A DNA stretch of 64,000 nucleotides. It comes from an uncultured Planctomycetia bacterium. Its GTDB lineage: Bacteria; Omnitrophota; Gorgyraeia; JABMRN01; RBG-13-46-9. Made by a program: the position numbers and the translations under genes. The stretch is taken from assembly GCA_964440235.1 (NCBI GenBank), contig CAYTQI010000003.1:1599-65598 (forward strand), written 5' to 3'. Shown here in pieces: positions 37,631-45,279 of the stretch (its first letter is position 1; the number at the start of each line of letters is the position of its first letter). The notes under the pieces are model-generated. The model was not told the DNA's origin, made no database searches, and saw nothing but the letters and a program-made list of their open reading frames with translations.

Positions 37631-38377
37631 TTACCTTTTACGGGCGCGGGCTTTAGGGCCCGGCTGATTAACTTTTTTAAATTTTGGCCTTGTTCCTCGG
37701 ACTTTTTTATGCCCGGGCGGATTTTTTAGTTTTTTCGGCGGAAGCGGCTTTTGCCCGGCTTCCTTGTCTTTTAAATGTTTACGTCCGTGGGGACTTTTTT
37801 TCGGGGGTAATTTGCGGGGAGGCCGTTTTCGAGGAGGCCTTCTGTGTTTCGGAGGAAGTTGGCCCTCCGCGTCTTCTACGGATTCCGCGGAGTCTTTATG
37901 CCCCATATAACCACCCTCACCCTCGCCACGATGAACCTTTTTCGGTTTTCGTTCACCGCGCGGGCGCTTTCGCGGCGGCCGTTTTCGAGGGGGTAATTTG
38001 CGCGGCGGCCGTTTTCGAGGAGGCCTTCTGTGTTTCGGAGGAAGTTGGCCCTCCGCGTCTTCTACGGATTCCGCGGAGTCTTTATGCCCCATATAACCAC
38101 CCTCACCCTCGCCACGATGAACCTTTTTCGGTTTTCGTTCACCGCGCGGGCGCTTTCGCGGCGGCCGTTTTCGAGGGGGTAATTTGCGGGGCGATTTACC
38201 CGGGCCCCCTTTAGGGCCGGGCGGATTACCTTTTTTCATTGCCGGTGACTTACCCGGGCCCCCTTTAGGGCCGGGCGGATTACCTTTTCGTTGCGCGTAA
38301 GATAATGACGTTGATAGTGTAAAAATCAACATCGTAAAAAGGACTATTGTATTGAACACTACAATTTTTTTCCGCAT
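37631..38377 (-). CDS. secreted Lys/Arg/Pro/Gly-rich repeat protein
   Basis: RBS AGGAGG, signal peptide ending SYA, then low-complexity repeats. Confidence 0.8.
   Translation of the reverse strand: MRKKIVVFNTIVLFTMLIFTLSTSLSYAQRKGNPPGPKGGPGKSPAMKKGNPPGPKGGPGKSPRKLPPRKRPPRKRPRGERKPKKVHRGEGEGGYMGHKDSAESVEDAEGQLPPKHRRPPRKRPPRKLPPRKRPPRKRPRGERKPKKVHRGEGEGGYMGHKDSAESVEDAEGQLPPKHRRPPRKRPPRKLPPKKSPHGRKHLKDKEAGQKPLPPKKLKNPPGHKKVRGTRPKFKKVNQPGPKARARKR
37803..38188. repeat. 186-bp tandem duplication (62 aa unit)
   Basis: 37821 onward is identical to 38007 onward up to 38188, with two mismatches in the 5' extension. Confidence 0.92.
38196..38288. repeat. 39-bp direct repeat at 54-bp period, encoding KGNPPGPKGGPGK twice
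   Basis: TTACCCGGGCCCCCTTTAGGGCCGGGCGGATTACCTTTT at 38196 and 38250. Confidence 0.9.
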
Positions 38378-38460
38378 TTTACCTGTTCCTCCTTTCGCTA
38401 ATTCGCGTCCAAGGAAGTATACCACATAAAATGGTGAGGGTCAAATGCCCGCTCAAAAAA

Positions 38461-39333
38461 TCAAAAAGGCCCTTTTTCGCGGTCTTTATTTATAAAATGT
38501 TTGTTTATCTGTTCCTTCAGATAATAGAATGTTTCATCCACATTGTCGAATATTTTAAAAAATTTCAAATCCCCCGCTGAAATTGTCCCCCATTTGCGCA
38601 TTTCGTCAAAATTGATTACTCTCTGCCAGTAATCCCGGCCGAACAAAATGACCGGCAGGGGCCTTTTATGTTTGCCTGTCTGCGCAAGAGTAAGCAGCTC
38701 AAAAAGTTCATCCATCGTACCAAAACCGCCCGGAAAGACAACAAGCGCCTTTGATAAATAAAAAAACCAGAATTTACGTATGAAAAAATAATGGAATTCA
38801 AACGCGAGATCCCTGGTCTGGTAAGGATTCGGGGGCTGCTCCACCGGAATGCTGATATTTAACCCCACGGACTTACCGCCGGCCATTTTCGCGCCCTGGT
38901 TCCCGGCGGCCATTATGCCGGGCCCGCCTCCGGAACAAATCATAAAATTCTTGCCTTTTTTTCTTAACCCCTTGAAATAATGAGTAAGGCGCCTCGCGAG
39001 AAGGCGGGCGTCATCGTAGTAACGCGACATCGCCGCTTCCCGTTTTGCCTGTTCGTAACGGCTCTTGAGGGCGGGCGTGGGTTTCTTTATCTCTTTCATT
39101 TCTTTCTTTATTTTTTTGAGCTTAAGGGATGTAACGCCCCTGGGGAAAATTCTGGATGATCCAAAAAATACAACGGTATCCTTTACGCTATATTTACGAA
39201 AACGCGCGGCAGGTTCGATCATCTCGGACAGAATCCTTATGAGGCGCGCCGGCGAACTGTTTAAAAAATCCTTATTTTTGTAGGCTTTTACCGGCCAGCC
39301 GCGCGCGGTTTTCTTTTTACTTTTTGATCTCAT
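38461..39333 (-). CDS. LOG family protein
   Basis: FGSSR, SGGGPGIM, YFFIRK, PGGFGTMDELFE. Confidence 0.92.
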   Translation of the reverse strand: MRSKSKKKTARGWPVKAYKNKDFLNSSPARLIRILSEMIEPAARFRKYSVKDTVVFFGSSRIFPRGVTSLKLKKIKKEMKEIKKPTPALKSRYEQAKREAAMSRYYDDARLLARRLTHYFKGLRKKGKNFMICSGGGPGIMAAGNQGAKMAGGKSVGLNISIPVEQPPNPYQTRDLAFEFHYFFIRKFWFFYLSKALVVFPGGFGTMDELFELLTLAQTGKHKRPLPVILFGRDYWQRVINFDEMRKWGTISAGDLKFFKIFDNVDETFYYLKEQINKHFINKDREKGPF

Positions 39334-39337
39334 GCCC

Positions 39338-39751
39338 TCAATACTCCTCGGAGGGGGTTTTACGCAGTTTTTTCTTTTCGGAACGCGCCTTTTTGGCTTT
39401 AAGCATTTTCTCTTTGGCCCTTTTGGAACGTTTTCGTTTCTGGCGCTTTATTTTTTCTATTTTTTTTTGCCGCTCGGCCTCTCTGCCCAAAAAAAGCGAT
39501 TCAACTTTCTCAACAAGTATTCTTCTCGCGAAAAAACGGTTCAAGGCCTGGGAACGTTCCCGCTGGCACTTGACCTCGATACCGGTAGGGCCATGTTTGA
39601 TGTAAACACGCGAAGAGGTTTTGTTCACTTTTTGTCCGCCAGATTTGCTCGCGCGTATAAATTTTTCGTATAAATCGGCCTCTTTTATCCCTAGCAAAGC
39701 CATCTTCGCCTTCAGGGCTTCTTCTTTACGGCCGCTTACATTAAACTTCAT
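39338..39751 (-). CDS. short GGQ peptidyl-tRNA hydrolase (ArfB/RF-1-like ribosome rescue factor)
   Basis: SGGQKVNKTSS, CQRERSQALNR, basic C-terminal tail. Confidence 0.88.
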   Translation of the reverse strand: MKFNVSGRKEEALKAKMALLGIKEADLYEKFIRASKSGGQKVNKTSSRVYIKHGPTGIEVKCQRERSQALNRFFARRILVEKVESLFLGREAERQKKIEKIKRQKRKRSKRAKEKMLKAKKARSEKKKLRKTPSEEY

Positions 39752-39759
39752 CCCGCCCC

Positions 39760-39915
39760 TTAAAAACTTTCTTTTTCCCCGTTCAGGGCCTGCTCTTCGC
39801 TTTCTTTTTCCCGCATGTTTTTTCTATCTAACTTCCGCTGTAGTTTTTTTTCTTTTTTTTTCTTTTTCGCGAATTCTTTTTGGCGCTTTCGGAACGAATA
39901 ATTATCTCTTGCCAA
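39760..39915 (-). CDS. small basic helical protein (51 aa)
   Basis: Not in the ORF track. TTG start after AAGGAGG: MARDNYSFRKRQKEFAKKKKKEKKLQRK... Confidence 0.75.
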   Translation of the reverse strand: MARDNYSFRKRQKEFAKKKKKEKKLQRKLDRKNMREKESEEQALNGEKESF

Positions 39916-40040
39916 TATGCCCTCCTTCTTTACCCAGCCATACCTTTTGTTTGATTATATCACTTTTACCCCAAAATAACAAAACAAAAGCCTTCCAATG
40001 CGCGGATTTTCAATACCGCGGTCCGCAAAATTCCAGTTTT

Positions 40041-41063
40041 TTAAGTTGTCAGCAATTTTTCGGCGGAGGCAAGAACTTCAGCGGGTGTAATCGCCTCAAG
40101 GCACTTAAAACCGATCCTGCAATTATGGGCAAGGCAAATCCCGCAACCGGCATCTTTGTGAAAAACAACGCTTTTCCTGCCGGTGGGCCCCCATCGCTTC
40201 GGAGACAACCCGGGATCCTTTCTTCCAAAAATAGAGATTACCGGCGTACCTACGGCACAGGCGATATGGACAGGCCCGGAATCGTTGGATATAAACAATT
40301 TGCACCTCGAAAAAAGAGCGGCAATTTCACCGACACCGGTTTTTCCCGCAAGATTCACCGGTTCGTATTTCATTGATTTCGCAACAGCGTCGGCGAATTT
40401 CTTATTCGCCCCGTCCGATACGATTAATATTCTTGCTTTGTGCTTCGCGGAAAGGGCATCGCACAAAACGGCGAAGTTTTCCGGTTTCCACCGTTTGGAC
40501 GGGCAGCTGGCGCCGGGATTTACGGCAACAAGCGGGACGCCAGTGCCGACATGGTATTCATTGAGTAATTTTCTGATTTTTTTCATGTCATTTTCGCGCA
40601 CGGGAACAAAAAGTTCCCTTTCTTTCGCCGTTATTCCGATACTGCGAAGAAGGTCAAGAGTATATTCGATTTCGTGTTTTTTCCCTTCCTGCTTAAGATG
40701 CGGTACTTTTTTCGTAAGAAGAAACGGGATCTTTCTGTCATATCCTACTCTTTTCGGGATGCCCGCGAGATACGCTATCAAATGCGCGCGGTTTGTCGGG
40801 TGAAGCATGACCGCCAGATCGAATTTCTTTTTCCTCAAAAACAAGGCAAACATAATCGTGCTTAATAAGCTTTTTTGTTTGCCGTATTTATCATAAATTA
40901 TCACCTCGTCCAGATAAGGATTGCCCTCAACTATGTCTTTCGCGTACGGGCGTACCATAAAAGCGATATAAGCCCCGGGATATTTATCGCGGGCCGCTTT
41001 TATGGCCGGCGTGGATAAAACAACATCGCCGAGCCTGTCTGTTCGTGTCATTAGTATACGCAT
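40041..41063 (-). CDS. waaF: GT9 LPS heptosyltransferase (WaaF-like)
   Basis: DRLGDVVLSTP, KRW, NDSGPVH, C-terminal Cys motif. Confidence 0.8.
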   Translation of the reverse strand: MRILMTRTDRLGDVVLSTPAIKAARDKYPGAYIAFMVRPYAKDIVEGNPYLDEVIIYDKYGKQKSLLSTIMFALFLRKKKFDLAVMLHPTNRAHLIAYLAGIPKRVGYDRKIPFLLTKKVPHLKQEGKKHEIEYTLDLLRSIGITAKERELFVPVRENDMKKIRKLLNEYHVGTGVPLVAVNPGASCPSKRWKPENFAVLCDALSAKHKARILIVSDGANKKFADAVAKSMKYEPVNLAGKTGVGEIAALFSRCKLFISNDSGPVHIACAVGTPVISIFGRKDPGLSPKRWGPTGRKSVVFHKDAGCGICLAHNCRIGFKCLEAITPAEVLASAEKLLTT

Positions 41064-41099
41064 TGCAACCTGTCCGGCCGCGCCGGCCGTTATTGTTTG

Positions 41100-42101
41100 T
41101 TAGCGGCTGTCGAGAAGCTTTTTCACCGCCTCGAACGCCTCTTCCACCGAAATTGATTTAAGACACTCGTACTTATTCCCCTCATTTACGCACTGGGGAG
41201 CCTCGCAGGGAGAACACTTTATGTTTTTCCTTAATACCCTACTCGCGGCTTTCGTGAACGGGCCGTATTTGTTCTCGTCCGTAGGGCCAAAAAAAGCGAG
41301 TATCCGCGCGTCGACCGCGCTTCCGAGGTGAAGCGGCGCGCTGTCGTTTGTTATTAGAAGCGCGCTTTTTTCGATAAGGCAGGCGAGCTGGCTGATATTC
41401 GTTTTCTCGATAAGGTTAAGGGGTTCTGTCTTCATATAAAAAAGCATTCTTTCAACAACAACCCTGTCATATTCATCGCCTATCAAAACAACACCGCAGG
41501 CGAGTTCTTTCTTTATCCTGTCGCAAAGTTTCGCGAAATTTTTCAGGGGCCATCTTTTTACGTGGCTCTTCGCGCCGGGGCTTACCACGACGAACGGCTT
41601 TCCGGTCAGGCCATTCAAAAGATTTTCCGCGCGTTTTCTGTCGTTATCCCCCGTCGGGACATAGGCGCGGGCCCGGGGCGCGTCAATACCTATTTCCTTA
41701 AGTCTTAAAAGATAGGCGTCTTTCTTGTGCATCCTTCCCCTTCGCCGGTATCGAAACGGATTGGTGGCGAACCGTGCCCCGAGTATAAACGGAAAAATGG
41801 TGTTGCGTAAATCCACTACGAGATCGTAATTTTTTCTTCTAAGTTTGAGGAAAAGAGTGAGTTTCGAGAAGAAAGGGCTTCTCTTATCGTATACTATCAC
41901 TTCGCGCACTTTTTTGTGGGCCTCGAAAATTTCCTTTCCGCCCGGGCCTACCATTATATCAAGCTCCGCTGAGGGAAATTCCGCGATAAGGGCTTCCGTG
42001 ACAGGCGTAGTTAGTATAACATCGCCTGTGTTGGTTAAGGTTATTACCAGCATGCGTTTTACGCGAGCGGGGGCGGGCGCCTCTATACGGTTTTTCTTCA
42101 T
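41100..42101 (-). CDS. GT9 glycosyltransferase
   Basis: NTGDVILTTP, KRWP, NDSAPLH, FGPT. Confidence 0.9.
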   Translation of the reverse strand: MKKNRIEAPAPARVKRMLVITLTNTGDVILTTPVTEALIAEFPSAELDIMVGPGGKEIFEAHKKVREVIVYDKRSPFFSKLTLFLKLRRKNYDLVVDLRNTIFPFILGARFATNPFRYRRRGRMHKKDAYLLRLKEIGIDAPRARAYVPTGDNDRKRAENLLNGLTGKPFVVVSPGAKSHVKRWPLKNFAKLCDRIKKELACGVVLIGDEYDRVVVERMLFYMKTEPLNLIEKTNISQLACLIEKSALLITNDSAPLHLGSAVDARILAFFGPTDENKYGPFTKAASRVLRKNIKCSPCEAPQCVNEGNKYECLKSISVEEAFEAVKKLLDSR

Positions 42102-43183
42102 TAAAACACCTGTCGGGTGCGATACATTTCACCGAACACTTCTAAAACGTCATCAACCTTTATCGCGTCCATGCACCTGTAATTATCGCATGTAAGGTCG
42201 TAGCACGGGATTTCGCAGCCCACATTCTTTTGTATCACCCTGTAATCACCGCCCCCGTAAGGGCCTGTAAAGGATGGGGATGTCGGTCCGAAAAGCGCTA
42301 TTACCTTTGACTTCACCGCCGCGGCCATGTGCATGGGTCCGGTATCCCCGGATATAACGAAATTCGCCCTTTCCATTAACGCGCCGAGTTTATCCAAATC
42401 GGTCCTGCCGGCAAAGATTATAAGAGGATTTTTCATTTTCTCTTTTATGCGTCTTGAACGTTCCAGATCCTTTTTTGCTCCGGCGGCAACCATTTTAACC
42501 CCGTATTTTGTTACAAGCTCATCGGCTAAAAGCGCGAAGTTTGTCTCGCTCCAGCGTTTCGGGGGCCAGTTCGCCCCGGTGTTAATAACGACAACAGTGT
42601 CTTCTTCCTTAACGCCTTCTCCGGCGAGCTCCTCCCTTATGTACTTACGCGCTTTATCCGTTACGAAAAATTCATAATTTTTATCGGAAGTATCGCATCC
42701 GAGAGCGTCCGCGATTTTTAAAAAATATTCCACTTTGTGAAGCGGCTCGGAAAAGGCGTCGACCGGGCGCGTAAGAATAAATTTTCGTTTTTTTGTCGCG
42801 TAACCGGCGCGTTCGCCGATTCCCGCTAAATATGTCATGAGCGCTTTTGTAAAGGACCTGTGTAAAAGTACGGCGAGATCAAAATTTTTTTTTCTGATCA
42901 ACGATACAAGGCGCGCCTTTCCGAGAAACCCCCTGTGCCTGTTTTCTTCATCATAAATTATTATCTCGTCTATCCGGGGGTTGCCGGTCAGCATTTTTTT
43001 CGCGCGGGGCGCGACCATGCAGGCGATATGAGCGGTTTTGAATTTTTTGCGAAGCGCCTTTATAAATGGGGTTGAAAACAAAACGTCCCCGAGCCAGTTT
43101 ACCTCAACTATGAGTATGCGCTTATACAACCTATCACTGCCGTAGGAGAAGGCCTCGGCCTTTACCTGTCGCGCCGCTTTCAT
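42101..43183 (-). CDS. waaF: GT9 LPS heptosyltransferase (WaaF-like)
   Basis: NWLGDVLFSTP, KRW, DTGPMH, FGPT. Confidence 0.8.
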   Translation of the reverse strand: MKAARQVKAEAFSYGSDRLYKRILIVEVNWLGDVLFSTPFIKALRKKFKTAHIACMVAPRAKKMLTGNPRIDEIIIYDEENRHRGFLGKARLVSLIRKKNFDLAVLLHRSFTKALMTYLAGIGERAGYATKKRKFILTRPVDAFSEPLHKVEYFLKIADALGCDTSDKNYEFFVTDKARKYIREELAGEGVKEEDTVVVINTGANWPPKRWSETNFALLADELVTKYGVKMVAAGAKKDLERSRRIKEKMKNPLIIFAGRTDLDKLGALMERANFVISGDTGPMHMAAAVKSKVIALFGPTSPSFTGPYGGGDYRVIQKNVGCEIPCYDLTCDNYRCMDAIKVDDVLEVFGEMYRTRQVF

Positions 43184-43186
43184 CCG

Positions 43187-43984
43187 TCAATCCTCATCCC
43201 TGTGCTCTTTGATAAACGTATAATATCCGCTTGTTTCTATCCAGAATACCAGCATGTTATTCGATGTCATGGAAATTCTGATTCTTTTAAGGGCGTAAGA
43301 ATCCGCGGCTGAATACTTTTTTCCGGGATTTGTCGCCACAGCACCTGTATACCCGGTTTCTTTGGCGATTTTTTTTACCCTTTCATCAAAAGCGCCCACC
43401 GGGTATGATAAAATTTTTACCGGTTTGCCCGTGGCCCGCTCTATCGCGTTTTTTGAACCGGCCAGCTCTTCACGAATACCCTTTTCGTTCAATGACGGCA
43501 GCCATGACTGGGTAACGGTATGGCTGCCGATAGATATATTATTTTTCCGCATTGCCCGTATATCATCCCAATTCATATAGCCTTCCTTTCCGACGGCGCC
43601 TGACGGCACGAACATTATCGCCGGAAAATTATATTTTTTTAAAACGGGATAAGCGTACAAAAAATTGTTTTTAAGCCCGTCGTCAAAAGTTATGGCCACG
43701 GTTTTATGCGGGATTTTTTCGCCTTTTTTTATTCTTTCGACAAAATCGGCAAGGCCTATAACTTTGTAATTGTTGTCATGCAAAAACTTCATTTGCCTTT
43801 CGAACGCGGCGGGAAGCACGTTAAGTTTTGACCGATAACCCCGCGGAGTTTCGCGGGCGGGGCAAACGGAATGATACATGAGAATAGCCGGAACATATAC
43901 GGAGTCGAGAAAAAATTTTCCCGCCGCGAATAATATTGAAACTGCTATTATGGATATAACGGTGATTTTTTTATATGATTTCAT
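43187..43984 (-). CDS. polysaccharide deacetylase (CE4)
   Basis: ILMYH, TFDDG, GSHT, YPVG. Confidence 0.9.
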   Translation of the reverse strand: MKSYKKITVISIIAVSILFAAGKFFLDSVYVPAILMYHSVCPARETPRGYRSKLNVLPAAFERQMKFLHDNNYKVIGLADFVERIKKGEKIPHKTVAITFDDGLKNNFLYAYPVLKKYNFPAIMFVPSGAVGKEGYMNWDDIRAMRKNNISIGSHTVTQSWLPSLNEKGIREELAGSKNAIERATGKPVKILSYPVGAFDERVKKIAKETGYTGAVATNPGKKYSAADSYALKRIRISMTSNNMLVFWIETSGYYTFIKEHRDED

Positions 43985-44093
43985 TTTTTTATTCCATTTG
44001 TTAAAGTAAATTGTTTTAAAACATCAGGCGCCTTTGCGTGCCACAAACCTTCCGGCCGATACCCTTACAACCGGGTATCCCCGCCCGGGCGGA

Positions 44094-45200
44094 TCAAACA
44101 GAGCGCGCGGTCTTATAAATTTTAATAACTTTGTCGGCCATGCCGTCCAGCGAAAATTTCTCTTTTACCAGGGCTCTTCCGTTTTTTGCCAGCGAAACAC
44201 CGAGCCTGGTGTCGCCGAGCACTCTCATTATGGCCGCTTTCAGCGCGCGCTTATCCTTGGGGGGAACAAGAATACCCGTTACGCCGTTTTCAACGACAGA
44301 AGAAACCCCGCCTACATCAGAAGCGACACACGGCTTGCCGGCGGCCAGGGCTTCAAGAAGCGAAAGCCCAAGCCCTTCTTCCAGTGAATAAAACACAAAA
44401 ACATCAATAATTGACAAAAATCGCTGCGTTCTGGTGGTATTCATGGCGAAAAAAACATTTGCCTCGATACCGAGTTTTTCCGCGAGCTGCATAAGGTAAG
44501 CTTTCGACGGGCCCTCACCCACGAGAAGAAGTTTTGACTCGGGCATTTCCCTCAATATATCCTTCATGGCCAATAAAAGATATTTAAGCCCCTTGACCGG
44601 GGAAAGCCTCGATACCGAACCGATAACGGGTGAGCGCTCAAAACCCAGCTTTATCTTAAGGGATTTTTTCTCATCTTCCTCCGTACCGGCGGGGGAAAAA
44701 GCGCCTGTGTCCACCCCGTTATATATCAGGAAAACATTTTTTTCGTCAATACCCAAATCTTTTGTCAAATGCCTCTTCACAGCATCGCTTATGGCGATAA
44801 CATGGTTTCCCCAGGCCCTGAATAATCTTCTCGAAATCCTTTTTCCCCTGAAAAAACCATGGCATGTACTGATATAAGACACCGGGCTCAATTTTGAAAG
44901 CAGGTACGCGAGCACTTGCGTAACCCTCGTCTGAGCGTGTATCACATCGATTTTTTCTTGCTTTATGAATCTGTTTAATTTTAGAAGCGTGAAAAAAAGT
45001 TTTGGGTGAAATTCAAATTTTGTTTTTACGGAAACCGGTAAATGCGTTATGCCGTTTTTTGCGAGCGACCCTTCAAGCTCTCCGCCGGCTGAGGCGACAT
45101 ACACTCGTATACCCTTTTTTTTCAGGGCTTCCGCGAGGGTCACCGTATAAACCGCGACTCCTCCTATATTGAGATGAGTGGTGAAAAGCAATACCCGCAT
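44094..45200 (-). CDS. GT4 glycosyltransferase
   Basis: GG loop, HGF, EGLGLSLLEA (EX7E). Confidence 0.92.
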   Translation of the reverse strand: MRVLLFTTHLNIGGVAVYTVTLAEALKKKGIRVYVASAGGELEGSLAKNGITHLPVSVKTKFEFHPKLFFTLLKLNRFIKQEKIDVIHAQTRVTQVLAYLLSKLSPVSYISTCHGFFRGKRISRRLFRAWGNHVIAISDAVKRHLTKDLGIDEKNVFLIYNGVDTGAFSPAGTEEDEKKSLKIKLGFERSPVIGSVSRLSPVKGLKYLLLAMKDILREMPESKLLLVGEGPSKAYLMQLAEKLGIEANVFFAMNTTRTQRFLSIIDVFVFYSLEEGLGLSLLEALAAGKPCVASDVGGVSSVVENGVTGILVPPKDKRALKAAIMRVLGDTRLGVSLAKNGRALVKEKFSLDGMADKVIKIYKTARSV

Positions 45201-45279
45201 CTTTTGTGCCTTTTAACGCTTACGCGCGCCGTATCCTTCCTGATATAATATATTTCCCGTTTGTAAACATGATTTACGG

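Noticed and set aside
37803-38288. Possible CRISPR array
   Set aside because: The repeats are in-frame coding duplications without unique spacers, and there are no cas genes.
39621-40376. 251-aa + strand ORF
   Set aside because: It is a Phe-rich antisense read of three minus-strand genes.
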